A DNA stretch of 47,657 nt, filler included, from Streblomastix strix (lineage: Eukaryota), in NCBI GenBank assembly GCA_008636045.1. It is 2 parts of 2 records of this genome, joined end to end, with 100 filler letters (N's around TTAATTAATTAA, not from the genome) between each part and the next. Parts side by side here need not be neighbours in the genome. Positions count along the whole stretch, not along the records: positions 1 to 23,787 come from SNRW01000261.1; 1 more part is not named here. One strand, written 5' to 3'. Under the pieces are notes generated by a model. The model searched no databases, was not told where the DNA came from, and saw nothing but the letters and a program-made list of their open reading frames with translations. Of the stretch, positions 1 through 13,359 are shown piece after piece; the first letter of the stretch is position 1, and each line of letters starts with the position of its first letter. Both the position numbers and the translations under genes were made by a program.

Positions 1-1
1 C

Positions 2-3000
2 GTTGAAGATTTGTTTGGAAGGGACATGCCACAAGCTGATCCAGAAGGTGGCGGATTTACAACAAGGTTTGTTCCAGGTCCACTTACTTCTGCTATGAAT
101 AATAGTTCTAGAGATACAGATGATTAAGAATTACCTTCACAAGCTATACTAATTGACGAAATAAACCTTGCAGAACCTCACTTACTTGACGTGATTGAAT
201 CATTTATGCTTGAAATGAGTAAAGAAGATCGATTCTTTCTGCCAAATGGAAAAGAAATTATTCACAAACCAATTGTGATTGTTGCAACAATGAACAGTGC
301 AGCTTTATCCAATGCTAGATCTTCATTAAGTACAAAACTTCAAGGAGCTTCACACTTTCTTAAACTCATGCCTTTTAATGAATGCGAACTTGATGTGCTT
401 GCCTAAGCTATTTTAGAAGGAAAAATCAATTCTCATGAAAGATCTGAAACACATAAGAAAATTATGGAAGCACATAAAGCAGCAGCTACAATTATGGAAC
501 ACGAAACTGGCACTGCATCTGAACGTGATTCCATAACACTGAGAGAGATTCTACGCCTTCGAATGATGCGTGATGCTTGTCCAAATTTTAGTACAGATCA
601 ATTAATTGAATTAGTTTACTCAACATAATTCAACCTTAAGACAGCTGAACAATTTCTGAAAGATATTGGTATTACATAAACTAAAGGTGACATTGTTCCT
701 CTTGTTCGAAATGGAAATCTTATATTGTCAGACACTGTTTAATTGAATATATCTAAAGAATCAATTGATGGTCCTTTGGATTTGCCACTCACAGCTGAAC
801 AACGTCGTATTCTAAATCTTATTGGTTCTGGAGTGATGGCTCATAGACCAATGGCTTTGTTTGGAGAAAGCGGAGCTGGAAAAACACATGTTATTAGAAC
901 ACTTGCATAAGCTGTTGGAAGGCAATTGGGTGTCATTCAATTTAATGCTGACACCGACAGTTCAGCTATAATTGGATCTTTAGAGATTGATGGAAATGCG
1001 GAATCATCTCAGGAACTGGTTAGAAGATCAAAAGACATTACAGAACGTATATTAGATGCAAGACATCCATTATCAATTGAACTTGCAGCAGCAGCTCTCT
1101 CTGACTAACCAGATATCAGTGATATAGAAATTATTCTTAGAAAAATATCTGAAAACCCATCTCAAAGCAACATTAACTAAAATTAATTAGAATTGAACTA
1201 GATTAAAACAGATACAAAATAATTAATAACAGATATTGTTGAGTTTTAATAAAAATCAGCCAGGAACTTTATATTCAAAGAAGGAATTCTTTTGAGAATG
1301 ATGAGATAAGGTGGTTGGATACTTTTGGATGGAGTAGAATCAGCTCCACATGAAGTAGAACGGTTGATGTCTTTGTTAGAAGAGAATCCTACATTAACTA
1401 TATATGAAAGCGTGAAACCAATGGTATTCCATGGTCGTGGTGCAGTTCGAGATAATTAAAATAATGAAGAAAACACTAAAATTAATGAAGCAGAAAAAGA
1501 AATAAATGAAGAAAATATTGAAATTGCTGAAGGATTTCAAATTTTCATCACGTGCAATGATTTTAAAAAACTTTCACCTGCACTCCGTTCGAGATGTTTT
1601 TGTATATAAATGGAGGCAGCTCAAGAGGAAGTTCAACTGAAAGAATTAGCTGAAAGTGTTTTGAACCAATCAGAAACAAGCCAACTCTATAATATTCCAT
1701 TTTCTCGAATGCTTTCAAATATATTCTGCACTGGAAGAGAAAAGAGTTAAACACGGAAGCTTCTTTTCAGCAAAGATACTTTTTCACCTCACAGAATTGT
1801 AAATGCTGCCCGTGGAATTGGAAATGATAAAATCACAGCAATAAATGTTGCATCTGGAATTTAAATGTCTTTTGTATAGTGTTTTAAATCAGATGAAGAT
1901 CAGAAAGATATTTCTATCAATTCTGAAGAGATCATAAAGAAGATTGGTAAGGAGAAAATAGCTTTATCATCAAATATATGGGAAGAATTTATAAGACAAG
2001 CTGGTTAAATAGAATATATTGCAATATATTAATTCATTAAAAAGAAAGGAATATAATGGCCAGATGATGCAGATTAATTATTGAGTTAAATGTTTCCTAT
2101 TCATAATAAAGGAAAAGATAGAACAAAGTAATTACATTAGTTTGAAGGAATAGAAGTTATTCATATGAAAAATATTATGAAGATTTTTTAGAGAACTGTA
2201 ATTGAATGGCTTAAAGAAATGAAGTTTAGTGACATTCGAAGTACTATTTCTGTTTTATCTGAGGTAGATTTCATCATTACACAACTCTATGGAATTGAAA
2301 CGCCAATAGCTTTTAAATTCTTCAGGTTGCATTACCTTCTTGAAATTCTTCAACCAGCTATTGAATTATCTGGTCTTTAAATAAGTTAGGGAGAGAAACT
2401 TAACAAAAAAAGTATCAAAAAAGATGGTTTTGCAGGATATAAAATTGAAGGGAAAACCTCAGAAGATTGGATGTTGATAGTAGCTCGAATTTAACATGCA
2501 ATTTAGATATTCTCTTCACTTCCAGAAATATTTCCATCAGTACCTGTCTATTCATATATACTCTCAACTTACATGAAGAGCTTCTTTACATAATAACAAG
2601 TTAGAACAATCGGCATCAAACCAACAGCACTCGTTTTAATAGAAAATTAATATATACGAAAAATACTACAATATATTAACATAATAAGTAAAGAGGATGA
2701 ATCAGATACCGTTATTGGACATCTTGCTCGATCAGATCTAATGATTGAAGTATATATTAACAATGCACCTCTATAGGAGAAAGATAACAAAACTGTGCAA
2801 ATAATTCTTCGTAAAAATTAAAATCCAATAATATTATTTGGAGAACATGAAATTCCAGCGCAAATTGTTGAAGTATCTCAAATAATTCCAACAAACGAAC
2901 TTCAGATTACTCCTCTACTTGATATAAACCTATCTTCATTAACAGAATAAACTATAGATGAGATATTTAATATAAAAGAATTAACTTCCGAGTAAAAATT

Positions 3001-6000
3001 ATGGATTTTAACTGATATATTTGCTGAAATTCCGAGTGATTTTCTAACTCAAAATAAAATACTCTCAGAACTTATATAATCATTTCGCCAATACAGAATA
3101 AATGCAATAGAAATAGGAAAAGAACCATTTGGAATATCTCTTCTTCCAATTAATACATAATTTTGTGAAAAAGCGTTTGAAATTGCCAAGTTTTTGAATA
3201 ACTCAAATAAACAAAATCCCCGTGAGATTGCAGAAAATCTTCTCAAAGATCATAAAACAGCAGAAAAAGCTTTAAATTATTTGGCTTCCTTTGATGATTC
3301 ATGTAATAAATTAGTGAAATTCTTCAAGGAAGTTGGAATTAATTTATGGGATGATATTAGTAAATTTCTCATTAATATTCGTACAAATGTGATTGAATTA
3401 GATGAAATTGGTCAAATGCTTGAAAAGTAGAGAGTAGTAGTCATTGATTTTTGTACATAAATATAGAACCTAGATAAAATAAGCCATGACACAAAGTTGT
3501 AGAAAGAATCAGAAATTGTAATATATTTTCTTAGAAAGATTAATGAACCTCTCAGAACAGCTGATCCATAAAGACTTCAAAACAGCACATTACAACTTAA
3601 TGCATTTTCCTTATCAGTATAACGTCGTAAAGATATTGACACTGATTCAGTGAAAATGCCTAAAATTGTTGATAAATATATACATGAGCCAAGATATGAT
3701 AATGCAATAACTGCTCTTATTGAATATTCTCTACGAGAAGAAGTAATTTTAAAAGCAGCTGAAGATGCTTCATTTGAAAATATCATTTCAATTTTAGCAT
3801 TATTCAAATAAGATCAAAGCTTAGATAAAATTGTAAACCCTTTTATATATCTCCTTGAGTAAGCAAAAGAAGGATAAAAACTTAAAAAAGAGGATATTAC
3901 TCAATTATAATCATTGAGTAGAACTCATCTACTTAATACTGCAATTTTTAATGATTAACATAATCCAATTAATATTTCTGAAGTCCTTTAATTACTTCTG
4001 CGAGGTGATTAATATGTTATTAATATGCTTTAGAGTTCATCTCATAATGTAAACTTCATTCAATTCCCCCCATTTTAACCAGTTGATCTTCTTTCTTGCA
4101 TTTAATTCACAACTGTATCAGGAACATTCTCTGGTCCATTTACATAATCAAATAATTATAATCCATAAACTATTGGAAATTTTATTCCACAAAATACAAA
4201 AGAAGCACTTTTGAAGTGTGCAGAGCTTCTTAAGGGAAAAGATCTAAGAAATAAATTGGAGAATAAAGAAATATAACAATGGAATACATTCATTCCAAAT
4301 GATAACACTGGTTAAATATTTCGAAGATTATTAAAGATTTCAGAAGAAATTAAATAACAATAATTTTAACCTGAATGGCTTTTAGATCCGGATTCTGATA
4401 TTAATACATTGAAACGAGAACTTAGTAAAAATCCAGGTATTGGAATTGCATATCAAAAATATCCTGCAGAATATAAACAAGCATTAATTTCTAAAAGTGA
4501 ATGGGAAAATAAAAGAAGATTATCAATTTATTATATCCTGTTACTTGCATTTACAAATTAAAATCAAACTCCAAAGCTATAAAATTAATTTCATTAAACG
4601 TGGGAAGATAAATTACATACAAAACTTCTTTAACTTGATAGAAGAAATAAACCTTTTGGGTATCGAATTGCAAATCTGCTTGAATGTAATCTCATTGAAG
4701 ATAATGAAGCCAAAATTGCTCGATCTGTCATTAACACAATCTTGCACATCTCCAACATATCACAAAATACTCTTAATAATTTTGGGTTAGACAAACCAAT
4801 CCTTATTTCAATTCAAGAATATGTAGAAAGATTATTAGTTGAAGAGAAAGTTCCATTGGAAACAACTCCATTGATTGATATTTAAACCGCATTAGCTTGT
4901 ATGGTACTGAAGAAATTAGAAGAGGAAAAAACAAATGAATAAATTGAATTGGAAGAAAAAAACAATAGAAATAGAAATTTACTTATTACCAGCTTATAAG
5001 ATCTTATTGTTGGCATATAGAATTGGTTAATATAAAAAGAAAGAGATAAAAATAACAGTAATATATAAAGCCTTATTAGCTTTCATTCTAATCCAATATT
5101 AAATGAAGAAGACTTAATAAAAAAAACACAATGGATCAGAGAAGCTGGTTAAAAATTAATTGAAAAAGCATAGAATAATTATGAAGACACACTTGAAGTT
5201 GCATAAAAGATAGAATTGGAAAATAATTATCTTACTTTATGGAAATATCGATTGCGCTGTCTTTGTGATGATAACAGACTTAATAAATATTTCAAATATT
5301 ATCGATTTGCCTTTAATAATCTTAAAGATAAATGCTAACAATTTATTTGTTACTTTTAAAAATCTTTAGATGAAACATACGCTTAAAAATATGATGATTT
5401 CAAAAGATAATTCCCCAACATAGAAAATTTATCCAGATAAAGGGGATAAAATTCTTTATTTAGAGAAAGTATGATTATTGGAGTGAAAATTGCTCCTTCA
5501 TAAGTTAATAATATAATCTCAGCAATCAAATAATTCATTCCACTTTTTGCTCCTATTGATTATAATCGCACAAGAAATCTTCGTATAGATCCAACAATAA
5601 CAGTTAGAAGTGAAGATTAATCTGTTATTGGAAAAGATTTCAATGCTCTTATTGGAGGAACTGGAAAAGATTAATTACGATTCATTTCTTCTTCTATCAC
5701 TGCAGACTTTGGTATTCATATTGATAGAGCATAAACTTCAAATTGTGGAAATGTGACTATAGATAATTTGTCAAATGATGATATAACTGTTGAATTAAAA
5801 GATATTTAAGAAAACAAAATGAAAATAAAATTGGTTTCTAACTCAGTTAATTTTGGAGAAAAGATTGATATATAATTTTATATTGTTGAATAACCTTCTG
5901 AAGAACCTTCAGTAGCAAGTATAATTTTCAAAATTGTTGCATAGAGTAGGAAGAAACCAAATTAAACAGCAATATGTGAAATACGTGCATTTATACGTAG

Positions 6001-9000
6001 AACTCCTTTATGTGCATTAATTGAATCATCTTCATCTTTGATGCTTAGTAGTGCCACTTCATGCACACTCGCACCAAAGGAATTCACTGAATAAATCAAC
6101 ATTAAACATCACATTCCATCTGTTCCTCTCTCATAAAAAGCTATTGGATGGTCTTTAACTTCTAATGATACCAATGTTGCAGATGAACCAAAGATTTTAT
6201 TGGATAAAGAAAAACTTTAAATGATGATGCAATTTGAATCAGATACAACTGGACTATGTACTGGATAAATGACAGTTGGATTTGGACATACTAATCTTTA
6301 TAAACTCCGACTGAATATTCCAGTTTCACGAATTCCTTTAATCAAGATATATCATCCTGCAAACCCAGAAAGTTCTGATATAAAATTAGTGAAGTGCAAT
6401 TTTACTCATATTGTTGTACAAAATAATGGAGATTTAGAAAGAGAAATTTAATTGAATTCATCTGAAGAAGATGATAGATTTGAACTTGATTCATTTATAT
6501 TAAATCCATTATCATCAAGAATAATTAAGGTTATATTTTGCAATACATAAAAACATATCATATCAGTTGGAAGATCTAAAATTATAATAAGACTCGTAAG
6601 TACCAAACCAGAATTTACTTAAATTGGAGGACGTGCACATATTAATATTGAAAATGGAGTTTATTTCCCATGCTTCAAGATTAATGTTGATGGTTCATCT
6701 GAATTTAAATATTAGAATAGATAATCTTTTTAAAAGAACTATCCCATAATTGTGACGGAAAATGAGTGTATGAATAAACTCTTGCCAATGAAAGCATAAT
6801 AAGAATATCATTCTATGAAACGATGGATATTAGATCCAAAATAAGGTTTGATAAGTATTAAAGCAAATGTTCCAGAACATCCAGAAGCATGCGTTCTATG
6901 GGCTGAAAATGGAGAAAATCATGAATATATTCGAATAATTGACGATTCTTTGGATAGAGATATTAAATAAGCAAGTGATAAAATTGGAGATGCCAATAAA
7001 TTATCAGGAAATAGAACTGCAGGAATTCCAGGATTACTTGTTGGAGCATCAAATTTATTCTTAACTTCCAGTAATAAGCTTAATTAACTTGATCGTGAAT
7101 CTGTTCTCAAAAGTTCACAAAAAGGAGCAAAAGAAAAGAATGCTGAATCTATTTTCAGTTCATTTATTTTAACACTAGATAATGAAGTTTAGAGGTAACC
7201 AGATAAAACAATTCCTGAAATTATAACTGAAATATGCAGATAATTGACAAAGAGAGAAGATTGGTCTTCTTCAGTTCCTGCTGTACCATCAACTTGGACA
7301 GGAATAGAAAGAGAAAATAAAATAAAAGGAATGCATCTTATTTGGGGATCAACAACACTTCTTAATACACTATATAATCCTCTCACTCTAACATAACACG
7401 AGATTGAATCATATAGAGCAAAATTATTGAGTGAATCTCCAACACTTGATTTTGATCAAATGAGAAATTAGGATATAGAAAATTCAAATATAATTATTAG
7501 AGAAATTGAAGGAAATAAAGTTGAATGTGTTGGAGTGATTGATGGTCGATTTACAAAAGCAGAAAATGTTGAACGGTTACTTGAAAAGATAGATTCACTA
7601 AAACTACCCGAATTTCCTCCTCTCACTGAAAACTAAGAAAATAATAATCCAATTTAATTATAAGATCTTTAAAAGTTAGTTGAACCGAAATTAGAAGAAT
7701 TGGTTAATAAATTCTAAACAATTAAGAATCCATCTGAACTTAATTAACTTCTAATCTAAATTCCTTCACTTGCCAGTCAAATAATTATTGCAGTATAATG
7801 TTCTGAGAATTAAAACATCTCTAAACTTATTTCAAGTCTTGGCGTATTAACAATTATTTGTTAAGAATTACAAAAAAGTAAAGAAAATATGTAAATACTT
7901 TATGTGTAAATATAAAAATCAGTAGAAGCATGCTTCAGAGTATGGGCATAATTAATATAAGCTGGAATTACTCCACCTGCCGAACTTAATTTATCAAGAG
8001 ACATATTAAATAAAATTTAGAGTTCTGGAGTTAGCACACAGAATATAGAAGTTGCGAATATACCTGAGTGCTAATTATAACGAGGATCTTGGCTCTCTTA
8101 AGCCGAGAAAGCTGCTCGTGCTGCAGGCTCTAGAATGATATCAAAATAAGGAAATATAAATTTACTTATTGCTCGAAACGAAAATATAGAAAATATTGAA
8201 AATTTAATGATAAGTGAATAAAATGATAAACCTCTAATACATTAACAACCTTATAAACCAGAAAACAAACACTTTGAATAGTTTTATGAAAACCCAATAA
8301 ATAAAGAAACTCCAGAATTATCAGAAGCAAAGATGGTAGCTGCTATTCGTGATGCTGTTATTGAAAAACATCCATAAGAAGAAGTGATATAAAATGAAGA
8401 GTTTATAACGAAGAAAGTTAATATAAATGAGATTAAGCATTAATTAATATAAAAAGATATTGCAAAAATACTTTAATAAAAGAATGTAGAAGAATTACTC
8501 ATAATGGAATATGAAGCTGTAAGAAGAGCTCCAAAAGGAAAGGATAATAAGAAAAAAGTATCAGAAGGAAGAGCTGTTGTTCCACTTGATGGAACTTTAG
8601 ATCGACATGAAGCAAATAGTATTGAAAATAGGCCTGAAATTATTGAACTTCATGATCTCTCACTCCAGATATAATCGTTGCTTTATACTGAAATTACTAG
8701 AATTTTAAAGCCTTTTGATCAGAACAAAATAATACCATACACATTACATGATACAGAAGTTTCTATTATGGTTGATATAAGCGCTTCTATGACTAAATTA
8801 TCAAAGATGAAACAAATGGGAGCAATGGTGCTTGTTTCTGGAATCTCTTCTATTCTATCAAGTTTTGGTATCCATCTATATCATTATGCATTTGCTGATA
8901 GAGAAGCCATCTGGAGATTATCAGACACAAATCATTAAGACCAATTAGAAGATTTGATTCGTCTTGTTGATGCTCTTCGTGAAGGTGGACGACCAGGATC

Positions 9001-12000
9001 ATGCCCATTAGATGCTGCAATCACTTCACACAATGAATGGGCAGATAGATAAAATAACCCGACAAGAGAAATATAAGTAGCTCCAAACCACTTAACAATA
9101 ATCATTTCTGATTTCATCAGTGCTTAAGTTCTTGATAGAGATCGAGATTGGTCAAGTGAAAATACTGGAAGATGCATACTTATTTAACTTAATACTGAAT
9201 TTAATTAAGAATTGCTGGATAGAAAGAAAGTTCCAAGAGAATTGTATGAAAATGGGCTCATTCCAAAATTCACTCCAGGAAATAATATCTCTTCACTCTG
9301 CATTGATCCAAAGGAACTTTGTTCTGGATTTCCATCTCCTGATACCAGTAAAATACCAAAAATCTTAAAAGAGATTATTAAAAAAATCATTACAAAAACT
9401 GATTAGAAAAATCCAGTCAAATAAAAATCTACTTCACTTGCCATTTGTTCCCCAGTTTAAGATAAAGCAATGTTTTGGATAAATCTTAGGCAAGCTCATG
9501 AAATTAAAACTTAATTAAATGAAAATTAAGAAAGAACTTAAAGTGATTTCTTTGTATAACTACAACCTACATCGAGTTTTGCACTAGTTGCTCTCAACAC
9601 TACACTGGAAACAATTTTGTTGCAAGAACCGAAGAATATGGAAACTGATAACAAATGGCTTCAACGATAAGCAACAAGCGATAATAGAATTCCATTTGTT
9701 GGAATCGCCAGAGATATAGCAACAAAAGCTCTTACCCATTCTCTTGTTCCAAATAGAGCTGCTGGAAAAGAACCATCAGCTTCTTCTGGTTAATTATGGA
9801 TTACTGGATTTAGAAGGTTCATATAATCAGGATTCACATATACATATCTATTTTTGAAGAAAAGCCGTCGAAATCAGAAAGCTTATTCAATAACATTTGT
9901 GATTGACAATACACAACGAATCTTCTCACCATTGAACATCCAACATTCTGTCACTACAATTGCATCTTTAATTGGATCATATTAATTTATTCCAGATGGA
10001 GATGAAATTGTTGTTGATGTGATTGCTGCCAGTGATGGAAAAGCAAATCTATTAATACATAATATTCAAGTTAGGTTGCTTTCAGATTGGACGTTAATAT
10101 CAGATATTCTTCGGACAGCGGATAGAATTGCAGGAACAGAAAGTGGTATAGGAATTGGTCTTTCTGCAGCCCTTAAATTAACATCAAGACGAAGTGGAGT
10201 TGGATTTGGGAGGCGTATAATAGCTTTCACAGATAGCATAGTAACAAATGCGTCCGAAGTATCTACTTTACGAAAAGCTCTTCATGATTGTGATTCAAGT
10301 CAAATAGATGTCTTAGGTGTTGGATTGGGAATTTCACCCTTATAACTACCATATCTCTTTCCAAATGCTTTATATGCTCCGAATCCAGCTGATCTTGGAA
10401 ATTCAATGGCTGTAGCGCTTGGTGTTTCTGGCACTGGACCAGTTGGAAGTATTACAACAAGTCAGTTATTTTCTGTAGTTGATGAAGAAAGGTTAAAAAA
10501 TCTTGAGAATCTTTTGTGTGGGAAACCTGAAATTTGCCCATTATTGGCAAAGAATATCAAAGAGCGAGAATTATCCTTAGATTTTTTTGAATAATTTGGT
10601 GATACTGATATATTATATATGAAAGGAGATGAATAAAATGCAACAGACAATCCATTAGAAGAACCATACCATGATGGTGCATTTGAAGGATTTTATATAC
10701 TCGTTGTCTGCTTATATCTTGGAGCTAATGAGGGAGATAAATAAAAATTATTCAAATAAAGAGTCTTCGATAGTCAATGTGGAGCTGTATTAAATAGAAA
10801 AGGATTTAACTATAAATTTGTGTGCTCATATGGAGAAGGATTAATTGAATTAACACGTATGGAGAATGATAGATGCAAATACACTCAACTCTGGCTTTTC
10901 TCATCTGAAGGATATGGAGAACTTCCAGAAGAAGCTAAAGATAAAGACACAAACAAGATTGTACCATTCTTAGAAGTAGTTGCAGACTTCTGGCGTAATG
11001 GTGGTGGATTATTCTTATTCTGTGATAATCATCCATATAACTTCGAAGCTAATTATCTCCTAAAGAACCATTTCATTTTCTCACACGGGGGTAGAAGGGG
11101 TGTTTCTGCTGTTCGTCTTGGCGGAAATTATCTCGGTAAAAAATAAATTGTTGTAGCTCCAACTGAAGCTGCTTTATAAGGACATTTCAATCCAATTTTA
11201 CATTTGGATGCGCCTGGTCCAGCTAAATAAAGATTAACTCTTAGACCTGGATTAATTAAATTCTCAGAAGGAAACACAATCTCTTTTGCAGTTGATGATA
11301 AAGATTAGCCGCTTACAACTGCAGAGTAACTGTGGCCTTTCACTCCATTTGCATGGACATCAGAGAATGTAACACCACCTCATCCATTCATTCTTTTCTA
11401 TGATCCAAAGATTCCACCTGAATCATAAGCATAATATTGTAGTGAAACATGTAAAGGAGCAATTCCATCTCCAGGACCAATTGTTCTTCATGGAGGATTC
11501 ACTTCAGCATTCTCAGAGTTTGGTTAAGATTAAACTGGAATGGGCAGATTAGTTGTTTCTATTTCATGTTGGTTGACAAGATTTGAAGAAAGGCTTTATG
11601 CTTCAAAACTCAATGGTTCATTACTTCTAACAACATCACCTGCTCTTACAAAACGTTATTCTACTCCAACTTTCGCAGGATGGCGTTCACGTCATCGCCC
11701 TCGACACTCAATCCTGATACTTGACGGGTCGGGGTCTATGGGAGGTAATCCTTACAGTAAATTAATTGTTGCATCAAACTAATATATAAGCACATAATCA
11801 CAAAATGGTGGAACAATATCAGTTATTTCATTTTCTGGTTCTGCCAATATGATATTCGAACGATAAAACAGGAAATTAGGTCCAATGGAAGGCTATAAAG
11901 GTGGTGGAACTAACTTTCAAACTGCTTTACAAACTGCAATTCCTTTAGTTTAAAGAAACCCTCCACAATATGAATGTAGAATACTCTTTTTCACAGATGG

Positions 12001-12190
12001 TAATGGGAACGATGCAACAACATAATGTAATTAACTGGCAGCTATGAAAGTGAAGATTGATGTTGTTGGATTTGGTTCGCTTCGGGAGAATTCTCTTAAT
12101 GGTCTAGTTCGTTGTGGTGGCTAAGTTTCAATTGGAAAAACAATGGCTGAGGTAGCAGAAATCTTTTAGAAAATATCAGCTGCTGTATGA
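2..12190 (+). CDS. Giant midasin/MoxR-clade AAA+ ATPase with three C-terminal VWA domains (5'-partial, intronless, about 4,062 aa in window)
   Basis: With TAA/TAG=Gln, frame 2 reads from base 2 to TGA 12188-12190. Ten ORF-track fragments (191, 926, 3194, 6269, 8678, 9212, 10019, 10406, 10820, 11540) share this frame. I found no in-frame TGA, but did not scan exhaustively. Motifs: EDLFGRDMP..FVPGPL..AM, ILIDEINLA (Walker B), IVATMN, ITLRE; GESGAGKT (Walker A, ~863); GGWILLDGVESA..RL.SLLE, LSPALRSR; VWA IMVDISASM (~8765); midasin-like LVPNRA..FIQSGF..LFLKKSRRNQKAYSITFVIDN (~9740-9910); terminal VWA ILILDGSGSM..GGTNF..FFTDG (~11710-12190). Confidence 0.88.
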
Positions 12191-12421
12191 GTAACTTCAA
12201 GTTTTTTTCCAGTTTCATAACGAATTTACTTGTCAGTTTTAATCAATTTCATATCATTGCCTGTTATTCAATAAACTATTTCTGAATTTATTTAAAATTT
12301 ATTTTGATTTGTTTTTGTAACCAAAAAGTAAAAATGATTTGATTGATAGTTTTAATTTCCAATATTTTATAATTAATATTTGTAAGAATTTTCCGTTCAT
12401 ATAATAATTATTTACTATCAG

Positions 12422-12605
12422 AGTTGCAGATGCAATGGTTAACGGCTCTCCTGAACGCTGCCCCAAATGTCATGGTGGTCGATTGTACTTCAGTGAGGCC
12501 AGAGCCATATACTACTGCAGGGGGTTCTATGATGAAGATGTAGAAGCTGTTGTAAGATGCAGATATCATGCTAAGAAAATAGAGCGGAAAACATGGAAAG
12601 ATTGA
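12422..12605 (+). CDS. PADR1 (PARP1 third zinc-binding domain)-like small ORF or terminal exon
   Basis: Reads (R)VADAMVNGSPERCPKCHGGRLYFSEARAIYYCRGFYDEDVEAVVRCRYHAKKIERKTWKD*. This matches the PARP1 Zn3 pattern RVADGM.FG....C..C.G.L.F....Y.C.G.....C.......R..W. An AT-rich tract ending in CAG (12419-12421) precedes it, and there is an in-frame ATG at 12435. Confidence 0.7.
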
Positions 12606-13359
12606 TTTATTAGGTTTCAGATAAAAATCACTTCAAATTACTAATATTTTGTTTCGATAAATCTAAATATTTGATTAGATTTTTATAACAGCATAATTTT
12701 TTACTTGTTATAATAAAAATAAACTTATTTTTATAGGTTCTCATAATAAGATTTACTGAATAAATAAAATTTGAATGGATTTTCAATACAAAAGAAATAA
12801 ATTTAATTGTTTAAAGCATGTAATTACAAGTAATATTTAACTAGTCATATTAATACAAAGTTTCAATGTATCACTAACACTAAGTTTTCTTCAAAACGAA
12901 ATTAAAACATAAAAAACATATTTATTTTAAGATTATTTTTTAATCAAAATAATCGAGAAAATATGGAATGTAGAAAAATCAAGAAAATATTTGAAGAATA
13001 CAGAAATGAGAATAATAATTGATATAATGATTATATTCCAGAGAAATAGAAATACTTTGAATGGACAAAGAGAGTATGAGATAAAGAATAAGATGAAGAA
13101 TTATTTCTTTTTATTTTTAAATTTATTTAAATTAATTAAATTAAATATGCAATTTTCAATTAGAAAAATAATAAGAACTCTTTACTAGTTTATTGAGTAC
13201 TAACGAACAATAACGACTGTGTTTTAACTCGATTTGTATATGATAAATAACTTGATAAAAGTGAATGAATTTCAGAAATAGAAATTATTAAGATGAAAGA
13301 GAAAGAAGGTATTTGATTTGAATGTGATTAACTCTTATTATCCTTTCTATTATGTGATA

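Noticed and set aside
12960..13330. Purine-rich stretch with a 65-aa ORF
   Set aside because: Interrupted by TGAs and has no motif; probably decayed coding DNA.
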